Source: a virus (Duplodnaviria; Caudoviricetes). Taken from it: a DNA stretch of 64,000 nucleotides. The stretch is taken from positions 1 through 64,000 of the IMG/VR virus record IMGVR_UViG_3300025621_001306. One strand, written 5' to 3'. Both the position numbers and the translations under genes were made by a program. The notes beneath the pieces were generated by a model. The model ran no database searches and had not been told where the DNA came from. It worked only from the letters and a program-made list of their open reading frames with translations. Positions 40,212-48,480 of the stretch are shown one piece after another. How positions within the stretch are numbered: position 1 is the first letter of the stretch; the number at the start of each line of letters is the position of its first letter.

Positions 40212-40312
40212 TAAGTTGATGGAGCTGGAGGGTCAACGACCCGATTAACTACCATTTTTGATAGTTTTTTGACTATTAATTTGGCGGTTTTTTTTATAAT
40301 TAATAAGGCCAT
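40211..40312 (-). CDS. 33-aa basic peptide (below ORF track cutoff)
   Basis: MALLIIKKTAKLIVKKLSKMVVNRVVDPPAPST*; its stop overlaps the next start as TAATG. Confidence 0.4.
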   Translation of the reverse strand: MALLIIKKTAKLIVKKLSKMVVNRVVDPPAPST

Positions 40313-40430
40313 TGTGATCCATAAAGTAAGTTAAGCACAGTAAATTATGAATTATTAATTAATTTAAAATCCGAAAAAAACAGAGAAAAATAAAAAATAG
40401 TTAAAATCGTACAGAGCATCGTTAGTTAGA

Positions 40431-40967
40431 TTACACATTATTGAGTATAAATCTTACTATAATATCTCCCCTTTCTTTTTTAGAAGAGAAGGCCCACAGC
40501 CATACGTAACTATTCCTGATGTCAGATATAGTCTTTTCAGTTTTAATTATGCTCTCTTCTATATGTTTAATGTCTGAGAACTTCATTTTATTCAAGTCTA
40601 TTTTTAAATCTTTAGCTATTGAGACTAGTTTGTCTATCTTGTTTTCTTTTTTTGCCTCTGTTGCTTCTTGGTATGCGTCTAATTTTTTATCATTATTGGC
40701 GACTTTATCTGGGTGAGTTTCGATTGCTATCTTTCTGTATAAGGATTTAAACTCGGGAGCAACTTCAGGCTCACCCTTCTTTTCTTTATCTTCTTTGAGT
40801 TTTTCTAGTGGGTTTTGTAGGTCGTTTCTACTGCAATAATCACAAACCTCAGAACAAAATATGGGAACTGACTCTTCGTATATAGAGTTAACTTCCGATA
40901 ACTCGTTATTGAGTTCAGAGCATTTAGCCTTTAGCTTTCTTAGTAGTTTTGATTTATAATCGTCCAA
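40431..40967 (-). CDS. J-domain (DnaJ-like) co-chaperone with coiled coils
   Basis: KSLYRKIAIETHPDK with intact HPD motif. Confidence 0.75.
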   Translation of the reverse strand: MDDYKSKLLRKLKAKCSELNNELSEVNSIYEESVPIFCSEVCDYCSRNDLQNPLEKLKEDKEKKGEPEVAPEFKSLYRKIAIETHPDKVANNDKKLDAYQEATEAKKENKIDKLVSIAKDLKIDLNKMKFSDIKHIEESIIKTEKTISDIRNSYVWLWAFSSKKERGDIIVRFILNNV

Positions 40968-40996
40968 TATACAATATTATAAAATAATATTGATAT

Positions 40997-41248
40997 TTAC
41001 CCACTACTAATTTTTAAGAAATCAGAGCCATCTCTCCATACGGCCCCCTTGATTAAGGGATCAACGGTAGGAATATTATCATAGTCAAGAATTAAATACC
41101 CCAAGCTGGCAGAACTTGAGGAAATGCTTGAGCTAGAAATAGATGATGCGGAAACCTGACCCAGGTCAGACACATCACTGTCTAGGTTCTGGAAGATTCC
41201 GCTTTCGCCGCTAGTATTGCTTAGTGTGTATAATGGAACTTTTGCCAT
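40997..41248 (-). CDS. Small Ser-rich virion-like protein
   Basis: C-terminal IPTVDP...GAVW.DG...LKIS motif of phage fibre proteins; SSSIS repeats. Confidence 0.55.
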   Translation of the reverse strand: MAKVPLYTLSNTSGESGIFQNLDSDVSDLGQVSASSISSSSISSSSASLGYLILDYDNIPTVDPLIKGAVWRDGSDFLKISSG

Positions 41249-41271
41249 AATATATATTACACGTAAGAATT

Positions 41272-41339
41272 AAACGCCTTAAAGATGAATATCAGAATCT
41301 TGATCAAACAAGATGATAGGGTGAATCCCTAAGACGCTT
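41272..41339 (-). ncRNA. Candidate structured element, copy 1 (rod-like hairpin just after the nrdB stop)
   Basis: 15-bp outer stem with 4 G-U pairs, 10x10 internal loop, AUCUUG/CAAGAU stem with 6-nt loop; core 43/48 nt identical to copy 2. Confidence 0.6.
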
Positions 41340-41347
41340 TTTAGAAT

Positions 41348-42361
41348 TTAAAAGTCGTCTTCTAAAGAGCCGCTTTGTTGATACTCACGAACTCTTCTTT
41401 CGAAGAAATTACCCATCGCCTGAACGTCAACAACCTCTCCAAGCCAAGGGAATGGGTTCTTGTCGCTAGGGAATCTGTAATCTAATCCTATAGCCTCTAA
41501 GCGTCTATTGCCAATGTAATGCATATAGTCTACGAACATGTCTGCATTCAACCCAAGTATTCCAGTGGGAAGAACATCTTTTGCGTAAGCAATTTCAAGT
41601 TCAACTGCTTTTTTAATGTGTTCAATGAATTCCTCTTGAATTTCTTTAGTCCAAATAGAGGGGTTTTGGTCAATTAAAGTATTGATGAGATAAGTTCCAA
41701 ATGCAATGTGAGAACTTTCGTCCCTCAAAGTATATTTAATCTGATCAGAAACACCCTGTAATTTATTTTGACGACCAAGCGCAAGAAGCATAGCAAAGCC
41801 ACTAAAGAAAAAAGTACCTTCGCATATAATCCAATAGGTTAAGAAGTTTCTTAGTATAGCTTGCTTGCCCTCAATGCTCGTTGAATTAAAGTCATTAGAA
41901 CTAATATCATCAGTAATCTGCATCAAGAAGTCATCTTTAGCTTTAATGCTTGGTACATTTTGATAAGCTGCATAAACCTCATCAATTTCTAAATCAAGAC
42001 TATCGCATATGTACACAACAGTTAGGTTGTGAAGACTTTCTTCAAAAGCTTGACGCAATATATACTGGCGACACTCAGCGTCTGTAATATAACGAAAAGC
42101 GGACAAAAGCAAATTATTGCCAACCAGAGACTCACTTCCAGCAAAAAATCCAAGACATCGTTTAACAAGTAACTTCTCATCTTCTGTAATTTCATTGTTC
42201 TTCCATTGCGCTATATCATTTTGCATAGATATTTCAGTGGGCATCCAGTTGTTCGCACAACTCTTAAGGAATAGGTCCCATGCGTATTTATGTTTGTGGG
42301 GTAAAATTCTGTTTACTCCGGCGATGTTGTCTGTTAAAAGTTCTCCTGTTTTATCTTTCAT
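41348..42361 (-). CDS. nrdB: Ribonucleotide reductase beta subunit with class Ic (R2c)-like signature
   Basis: FFAGSESLVGNN (Glu77), EESLHNLTV (Val115 at the radical-Tyr site), EGTFF, RDESSH, NFFERRVREY. Confidence 0.9.
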   Translation of the reverse strand: MKDKTGELLTDNIAGVNRILPHKHKYAWDLFLKSCANNWMPTEISMQNDIAQWKNNEITEDEKLLVKRCLGFFAGSESLVGNNLLLSAFRYITDAECRQYILRQAFEESLHNLTVVYICDSLDLEIDEVYAAYQNVPSIKAKDDFLMQITDDISSNDFNSTSIEGKQAILRNFLTYWIICEGTFFFSGFAMLLALGRQNKLQGVSDQIKYTLRDESSHIAFGTYLINTLIDQNPSIWTKEIQEEFIEHIKKAVELEIAYAKDVLPTGILGLNADMFVDYMHYIGNRRLEAIGLDYRFPSDKNPFPWLGEVVDVQAMGNFFERRVREYQQSGSLEDDF

Positions 42362-42400
42362 GTATAGTATAACGAATGCGATTAATAATTAGATCACATA

Positions 42401-42429
42401 ACTATACAACAAAAAACAAGAAAGGTCAA
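42401..42429 (-). promoter_or_regulatory. Sigma70-type promoter for nrdB
   Basis: TTGACC-17-TATAGT. Confidence 0.6.
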
Positions 42430-42437
42430 GTAAAAAA

Positions 42438-42761
42438 TCAAGAACGATTCTTGAATCTTTTAATTAACGACGTTAAATAAGAATAAACTATCGGCCAAAA
42501 ACAAATAACCATAACAATGGTTGACAGCATAGAGAAAACTGCAAAAGGAGTATTGTAGTCTATTGAATTGTTTTTATTAAAAAATTTAATTGATTCATTT
42601 TTATCTATTACATTGTCTTTGTTTGTGTCGGCTTTATTGAAATCATTAATACTTGGTATAACTTGCTGTATACTTGTCGAGTTATTGGTGTTTTTACCTT
42701 TTTTAAATGTAGAGCAATTAAGCAAGAAGGGGATGATTAAAATTAATATATATTTTTTCAT
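42438..42761 (-). CDS. Lipoprotein with EF-hand-like loop and C-terminal TM helix
   Basis: MKK + hydrophobic stretch + LLNC lipobox; DTNKDNVIDKNE; hydrophobic C-terminal segment followed by KRFKNR. Confidence 0.6.
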   Translation of the reverse strand: MKKYILILIIPFLLNCSTFKKGKNTNNSTSIQQVIPSINDFNKADTNKDNVIDKNESIKFFNKNNSIDYNTPFAVFSMLSTIVMVICFWPIVYSYLTSLIKRFKNRS

Positions 42762-43079
42762 TTATAGATTTTCTGATATTCTTTTGAGCCTGGTTATTAT
42801 GTAGTTTAAGTTGAGCGCGTTTATTCTATCTACAACTATATCTCCTTTTTCTGGATGCATTAATGCGCCAGATTCCAACTCTCCCTCGTGGAGAACATAA
42901 GAGATGAAATCATGAGCGCCGTTATTCTTTAACCAGTTCCAGTACATAGATCTTGTGCCTATCTTGCAGGAAAGTAGTACGTTTTCAAAATGAAACACTT
43001 TACTATACATAGTTACGTCCCTGAAGCAGGATATCTCGCTGGGAGGTTCGGATAGGGTTGAGTCTATGATCAGATTCAT
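42762..43079 (-). CDS. Hypothetical protein
   Basis: 105 aa; TAATG coupling to the upstream gene. Confidence 0.6.
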   Translation of the reverse strand: MNLIIDSTLSEPPSEISCFRDVTMYSKVFHFENVLLSCKIGTRSMYWNWLKNNGAHDFISYVLHEGELESGALMHPEKGDIVVDRINALNLNYIITRLKRISENL

Positions 43080-44533
43080 TACTCTGCTTGCTGTTTTTTC
43101 TTAAAATCGCGCAAGTATGAGTCTCTATCTATGTCTTTCTCTTTAAACTCTTTTTCTAATTTTTCATCCCAGTTCATTGGTAATGCTTCGGGGTCAGAGG
43201 AGTTGGAGAATATAATTAATGCTAGAATCACAACTATTGCGCAAATTATCAATGGTATGTTTTTGCTTTTCTTGGGTTCTGGTTCGACAGGCTCTGGTTC
43301 GGGTTCGACAGGCTCTGGTTCGGGTTCGACAGGCTCTGGTTCGGGTTCGACAGGCTCTGGTTCTGGTTCGACAGGCTCTGGTTCTGGTTCGACAGGCTCT
43401 GGTTCGGGTTCGACAGGTTCTGGTTCTGGTTCGACAGGTTCTGGTTCTGGTTCGACAGGCTCTGGTTCGGGTTCGACAGGCTCTGGTTCGGGTTCGACAG
43501 GTTCTGGTTCTGGTTCGACAGGCTCTGGTTCGGGTTCGACAGGCTCTGGTTCGGGTTCGACAGGCTCTGGTTCGGGTTCGACAGGTTCTGGTTCTGGTTC
43601 GACAGGCTCTGGTTCGGGTTCGACAGGTTCTGGTTCTGGTTCTACGGGCTCTGGTTCGATAGGTTCTGGGTCAGGGTCAATTGGTTTTGGATTAATGAAC
43701 CCATCAGAAAGCTCTACATAATAGGGCCCAATAGAGTTCATAATAGAAGACCTAAATAAGGAGTCCTCCATAAAAAAGTAGCCAGAGTTTCCAAAAAACA
43801 AACCCCAACTGTTTTGGAATTCCCAGTAAAGCTTGTCGTTTATATACTTCCAACCAATAAGACATACTGCGTGGCCGCCCGCAACCTCTGATGCTAAGTA
43901 TTTTTCTGTATCAACAATGCCGTCATAACCAATAGAGAAAAAGTAATCCCTGACCTTGAATGCATACCAAAGTGGCCGGTCAATTACCATCCTTTTGATC
44001 TCTTCTGTTTCAGAGCAGGGTATAACGTGGTAGGAGCTAATCTTCTTGAGTCTAGCGTCTTCTTTTGCTCCTTCTTTAGGGTTGCTGGATTCCCTATCTA
44101 TATATGGCCAAAAGCTTTCAAAACAGCAACCTTCGTTTATCAATGCGTTCGCAGCTCCCCTGATTGATGTTCCCGAGTAATCTTCACCTGCCCATGGGTC
44201 ATATTTTTTGGCAGTCTTGTATATCCACATAGGACTTGGTTCTTCGGCCTTGAATGCATTAGCCGAACCAAGTACAACCCTTCCGCTGTGGCCCACGCAT
44301 GAACCTATTGAGCCTTGATTAGCGACACTCACGCATAGTGATCTTCTAGAGAATTCCTTACCACTAATACTTTCAGATTTTAAATACTGAGAGACGTGAA
44401 CCCAATCTCTTTCATCAGCAGGATGCTCAGAAACATTTAATTTTTTTTCTGAAAATTTATTCTTTTTGACGTATTTAGATACTGGATTGTCTAGTAGTAA
44501 GGACGCTATCGATTGTATTAGTTTTTTTCTCAT
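43079..44533 (-). CDS. Papain-like C1 cysteine peptidase with Pro-Glu stalk and C-terminal TM anchor
   Basis: NQGSIGSC (Gln, Cys), GGHAV (His), QNSWG (Asn); (EPEPEPV)n; IPLIICAIVVILALIIF. Confidence 0.88.
   Translation of the reverse strand: MRKKLIQSIASLLLDNPVSKYVKKNKFSEKKLNVSEHPADERDWVHVSQYLKSESISGKEFSRRSLCVSVANQGSIGSCVGHSGRVVLGSANAFKAEEPSPMWIYKTAKKYDPWAGEDYSGTSIRGAANALINEGCCFESFWPYIDRESSNPKEGAKEDARLKKISSYHVIPCSETEEIKRMVIDRPLWYAFKVRDYFFSIGYDGIVDTEKYLASEVAGGHAVCLIGWKYINDKLYWEFQNSWGLFFGNSGYFFMEDSLFRSSIMNSIGPYYVELSDGFINPKPIDPDPEPIEPEPVEPEPEPVEPEPEPVEPEPEPVEPEPEPVEPEPEPVEPEPEPVEPEPEPVEPEPEPVEPEPEPVEPEPEPVEPEPEPVEPEPEPVEPEPEPVEPEPEPVEPEPEPVEPEPEPVEPEPEPVEPEPKKSKNIPLIICAIVVILALIIFSNSSDPEALPMNWDEKLEKEFKEKDIDRDSYLRDFKKKQQAE
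43275..43652 (-). repeat. 21-bp coding tandem repeat, 18 copies
   Basis: GGTTC(T/G)GGTTCGACAGG(C/T)TCT units with synonymous variation. Confidence 0.95.
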
Positions 44534-44559
44534 GTATATAAATACACATTAAAGTGCAA

Positions 44560-44970
44560 TTATATACTATCTAGCAGCTGAACTATATTCGGATCTATTA
44601 AGTCTTGAAAGTTGACTAGCTCATCAATTTTAAACCAACCGAACTCACTATGCTCTTCGCACAGCTGTGGGAATAGCATCTTGTCAGACCTATATATGTG
44701 AAAGTAAAAATCACAAAACTCATCACTTATTATGTCAATAAACTCAATAAACTTAAAGTCTACAAATATTTTGGATTCTTCTAGCAATTCTCTTCCGGCG
44801 CATTCAATTGGAGTTTCTCCTTCGTCTATCGAACCCCCAAACACGGACCAATAACCTCCGTATGGATATTTGTTCCCTGTTATGTGGCATTTATCTGATC
44901 TTTTGGCTAGGAGTACTGAATTTTCAAAAAGCACTGCAACCCCAGAGGCTCTTCTATTGGCAGCTTTCAC
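44560..44970 (-). CDS. NUDIX hydrolase
   Basis: Nudix box GGSIDEGETPIECAGRELLEES. Confidence 0.88.
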   Translation of the reverse strand: MKAANRRASGVAVLFENSVLLAKRSDKCHITGNKYPYGGYWSVFGGSIDEGETPIECAGRELLEESKIFVDFKFIEFIDIISDEFCDFYFHIYRSDKMLFPQLCEEHSEFGWFKIDELVNFQDLIDPNIVQLLDSI

Positions 44971-47422
44971 ATTCCCCGCCGTTTTTCATTGCCTCAATGC
45001 TGCAGGCAGTTTGGGAGCTAGAAGAATTAGGCTCTTCAGAAGTTGACTTCTCTACCTTGCTGGCCGCCCTATTCCTTAAATAATAAGTTGTCTTCAACCC
45101 TGACTTCCAGCATTCCATATAAATGTCGTTTAAATATTTTAAGGATGTTGAGTTATTATACAAATTAAAGCTGATAGCTTGGTCTAGCCATTTTTGCCTA
45201 GACGCATTGCACTCTATTAATTTAAACATATTCCTGTCAAAGGCGGTTTTGTATTTTTCCTTTATCCACTGTGGGATATCGCCATCAAGTAAAGAAAGAT
45301 CTCCGTCGACATCCTTGACTAGCTTTGCCACCTCGGGGCTCCATAAGCCTTCGTTTTTCATGTCATCAATAAAATGCTGGTTGGTAATAAAGAAGTTGCC
45401 GCTTTTATTTTCATAAACAAAGAGTACGGAAAAGTTAGGCTCAATACTCTGCTCTACTCCGTTGATGTAACCTATGGTTGCAGTTGGCGCAATAGCCATA
45501 ACATTAGAGTTTCTCATGCCGAATTCAGAAACATGTCGTCTTGATGTTTCCCACTCGTCTTTCATGGTTTCACCATTGCCAGATGGCGACTGACCCTTGT
45601 AGGACATTAGGTTGTTGTAGGAATCAATTGGGAAAATATTTTGACTCCATAATGAGCCTTCATAAGTTTCATAGGATCCTCTTTCCTTGGCTAGTATAGA
45701 ACTAGCATATATAGATTGGCAGGAATAAAACTCGAACAATTTGTCGTTGAATTTAATAGATTCATCGCTATCAATATTAATATTTAATTTATGAAGCACG
45801 TCATGTATAGCCATCATGCCTAAACCTATGGGGCGATTCTTCAGATTTGAGTTGGCAGCCTCTTTGGTTGGGTAAAAGTTAATGTCGATAACGTTATCAA
45901 GCATTCTTACGGCAGTGTGTATTGTTGATTTTAGTTTATCGTAATTAATAAAATAACCAGACTTACCGTGCGTGGACTTCTCCTCTACATGGTTTAGTAG
46001 ATTTATTGATCCTAAGTTGCATACAGCGGTCTCACCAATTTCAGTCTTCTCGCCAGATTTATACTTGGAGGCTTTAGTGTGGAGCGTTATTTCTGTGCAT
46101 AGATTGCTGCTATGGACAACTCCTTCGTGCTGGTTGGTATATCTTATATTGCACGGATCTTTGAAGGTGCACCAAGGATGCGATGTCTCGAACAATACCT
46201 TGAGCATTTTTTTCCACAACTCTTTTGCGGGGGTTTTTCTAAAGTTTTTAACATTTCCGTCTTCTGCTGATTGGCACATTGCGTTATACCTATTGTCAAA
46301 ATCTTCACCAAATGAATCGTGCAGACTTGCGTCGGTATCAATAAGCTTTTCGTTCGGGTCAAAGAAGTACCAATCTTCATTAGCTTCAACTTTTCTCATG
46401 AAGATATCTGGAATCCATGAGGCGGTATTCATATCGTGGCATCTAAGCCTGTCGTCACCAGTGTTTCTTCTTAAGTTTAAGAAATCTTCAAAATCTAAAT
46501 GCCAAGGCTCTAGGTATGCACACCCTGCTCCTGGGCGCTTTCCGCCTTGGTTTACGGCAACCAGCAAGTCGTTGTAAATTTTCAACCATGGAATTAAACC
46601 TCCAGAAGTTCCATTTGTTCCCTTAATGTGGGAGCCCGAAGACCTAAATGGAGTTACGTCAAAACCTAAACCACCCGCAAACTTAGATTTCCTAGCTTCC
46701 TGCCAAGCTCCATCAAATATCCCATCAATACTATCATCAAAAGTATTGAGGTAACAAGAGCTAAGTTGTGAGTGGGTTGTGCCGCTGTTGAATAGTGTGG
46801 GTGTAGAAGCTGTGTATAAAAATTGACTAAACAGATTGTAGAACTCTATTGCTTTTTCGTTTTTATTTTCTTCGTTAATGGCTAGACCCATTGCAACTCT
46901 CATCCAAAAAGCTTGAGGAGTTTCCATTATTTTCTTGTCACTCCTTATAAAGTAACGATCAAATAATATCTGGATGCCTAGGTATTTAAACTTCTTGTCT
47001 CTGTCTATCTTTAGCGCCTCTGAGAGTTTGGTAAAATCAAAGCCAAGTAATCTTTCGTCCAGCATCTCTTGCTTTACTAATTTTTTAATGTTCTGTATGA
47101 AGCTTTTTCTGTACTGCAATTCAAAAGCTTCTGAGTCGACCCCTTCTTTGAATACTTCTTTGTATAAGCAGTTTAATAGTAACCCTGCAGCAGCGTAAGA
47201 GTAGTTTGGCTCTTTTTCTATTTTTTCCCTAGCAGATAAAACTAAAGCTTTGTCTATTTCGATAGTAGTTATTTTGTCGAATAACTGTAATTGGGCATCT
47301 AGAACTATTTCGCTTGGAGAAACGTTGTCTATGTCACTGCACGCTCTTAATGCGCTTGCGTTTATTTTATCTACTTCAAATTCTTCTAGGCGGCCGTTTC
47401 TTTTCTTAACTTTAATATTCAT
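44954..47422 (-). CDS. nrdA: Class I ribonucleotide reductase alpha subunit with ATP cone
   Basis: VKKRNG cone, TPTLFNSG, LSSCY, SNLCTEI, VCNLGS, APTA, TTYYLR, C-terminal CESC. Confidence 0.95.
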   Translation of the reverse strand: MNIKVKKRNGRLEEFEVDKINASALRACSDIDNVSPSEIVLDAQLQLFDKITTIEIDKALVLSAREKIEKEPNYSYAAAGLLLNCLYKEVFKEGVDSEAFELQYRKSFIQNIKKLVKQEMLDERLLGFDFTKLSEALKIDRDKKFKYLGIQILFDRYFIRSDKKIMETPQAFWMRVAMGLAINEENKNEKAIEFYNLFSQFLYTASTPTLFNSGTTHSQLSSCYLNTFDDSIDGIFDGAWQEARKSKFAGGLGFDVTPFRSSGSHIKGTNGTSGGLIPWLKIYNDLLVAVNQGGKRPGAGCAYLEPWHLDFEDFLNLRRNTGDDRLRCHDMNTASWIPDIFMRKVEANEDWYFFDPNEKLIDTDASLHDSFGEDFDNRYNAMCQSAEDGNVKNFRKTPAKELWKKMLKVLFETSHPWCTFKDPCNIRYTNQHEGVVHSSNLCTEITLHTKASKYKSGEKTEIGETAVCNLGSINLLNHVEEKSTHGKSGYFINYDKLKSTIHTAVRMLDNVIDINFYPTKEAANSNLKNRPIGLGMMAIHDVLHKLNINIDSDESIKFNDKLFEFYSCQSIYASSILAKERGSYETYEGSLWSQNIFPIDSYNNLMSYKGQSPSGNGETMKDEWETSRRHVSEFGMRNSNVMAIAPTATIGYINGVEQSIEPNFSVLFVYENKSGNFFITNQHFIDDMKNEGLWSPEVAKLVKDVDGDLSLLDGDIPQWIKEKYKTAFDRNMFKLIECNASRQKWLDQAISFNLYNNSTSLKYLNDIYMECWKSGLKTTYYLRNRAASKVEKSTSEEPNSSSSQTACSIEAMKNGGECESCQ

Positions 47423-47487
47423 GAAATTGTTTTTACACTAAGGGGTTGTGTTGTTTTATAAAAAATGTAAGTTTTGTTAAAGAAAGC

Positions 47488-47516
47488 ATACTAACATAAA
47501 AAAACGTGTAGATCAA
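47488..47516 (-). promoter_or_regulatory. Sigma70-type promoter for nrdA
   Basis: TTGATC-17-TAGTAT with TGn extension. Confidence 0.55.
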
Positions 47517-47536
47517 GTAAAAACGAAAATAATTTA

Positions 47537-47620
47537 TTAACAATAAGAGAACCAAGGATGAATATGAGAATCTTGAACAAACAAGATGATAGACAGAATC
47601 CCTAGTGTGCTTATTGTTAA
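47537..47620 (-). ncRNA. Candidate structured element, copy 2 (just after the dehydrogenase stop, upstream of the nrdA promoter)
   Basis: Perfect 11-bp closing inverted repeat, CUAGGGAU/AUCCUUGG stem, 10x10 loop, AUCUUG/CAAGAU stem. Confidence 0.6.
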
Positions 47621-47622
47621 AT

Positions 47623-48480
47623 TTATGAATCGCTATTGTCTACGGCAGAAGTTGAGTTTGCCCAGTCCAGGTCTTTCCTTACGTCTAGATTAACTGACCA
47701 TGCTGATTTTAAAAGTTTCGCATCTAGCCCATTTTTCTCAAAGGTGGATATTAATGCATTAATGTCTTTTGGGAAGCATGTGCCACCAAAACCTTTGTCT
47801 CCGTCGTGACCGGGAACTTGATAGTGGGACTCACCTATTCTTTTGTCACTAATAACTCCATTAATAATAGAGTTCCAATCTAATCCAAGTTTATCAATCA
47901 GTAAGTGTATCTCATTGAAAAAACTAACCTTGGTAGCAAAGAAACAATTAGCGATATACTTTACAGATTCAGACTCAACGCTTTTCATTATAAGGCATGG
48001 CACATCAGGAAAATTGTATTTAAATAAGCTGGCAGCTTCCTGTGCGACGTGCTGGTATTTGGTATAGCCTATTATGTGCCTATCTGCATTAATGAAATCT
48101 TCTTTTGCGAATTTAGCGGTAAGAAATTCTGGGGAATGGATGATATGTAATTCCGGATGCGCTTCCTGTAGGCTTTCGGTTGTCCCAATTGGAACCGTTG
48201 ATTTTATTATGAAGGTGGCGTTCGATCCGATGGATTTAATTTCGCTAAAGCAGGACTCTATAATTGATAGATTGCAGTCATCTCCCATAACATCCCTCAT
48301 TGGCGTTGGGACGCATATGAAAACAAAATCCTGAAGTATTACATCTCTAAGTGGGTGAGTTGACGAGTCTGGATTTTTATCATATACCTTTACTTCCTCG
48401 GACGAAAATCCGTTGGCAACTGCGGAACCAACGAAGCCATTCCCTATGACTCCGATTTTAATTTGGTCTGTTCTTTTCAA
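47623..48480 (-). CDS. UDP-glucose/GDP-mannose dehydrogenase family, short form
   Basis: GNGFVG, CVPTP, IKST, PEFL, GFGGTCFPKD; lacks the C-terminal domain. Confidence 0.85.
   Translation of the reverse strand: MKRTDQIKIGVIGNGFVGSAVANGFSSEEVKVYDKNPDSSTHPLRDVILQDFVFICVPTPMRDVMGDDCNLSIIESCFSEIKSIGSNATFIIKSTVPIGTTESLQEAHPELHIIHSPEFLTAKFAKEDFINADRHIIGYTKYQHVAQEAASLFKYNFPDVPCLIMKSVESESVKYIANCFFATKVSFFNEIHLLIDKLGLDWNSIINGVISDKRIGESHYQVPGHDGDKGFGGTCFPKDINALISTFEKNGLDAKLLKSAWSVNLDVRKDLDWANSTSAVDNSDS

Noticed and set aside
40216-40244. Minus-strand TCGGGTCGTTGACCCTCCAGCTCCATCA resembles a tmRNA/tRNA 3' end
   Set aside because: The T-loop is non-canonical, there is no CCA and no matching 5' GGGGCTG upstream; it is explained by the DPPAPS codons of the 33-aa ORF.
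43275-43652. Possible CRISPR array, given the Cas4-like nuclease at 12668
   Set aside because: Contiguous in-frame coding repeats with no unique spacers; no cas operon is present.
43131-43721. Plus-strand ORFs of (GSGSTGS)n and (VRVRQAL)n
   Set aside because: Antisense shadows of the EPEPEPV repeat in the protease gene.
6925-47422. Inteins or introns in dnaE, dnaB, recA and nrdA/nrdB; alternative genetic code
   Set aside because: The proteins are of ordinary length with contiguous motifs, and TAA, TAG and TGA all end genes cleanly.
47435-47451. NrdR box upstream of nrdA (ACACTAAGGGGTTGTGT)
   Set aside because: The centre departs from the consensus and there is no second box; the overlapping GTGTA motif explains part of it.
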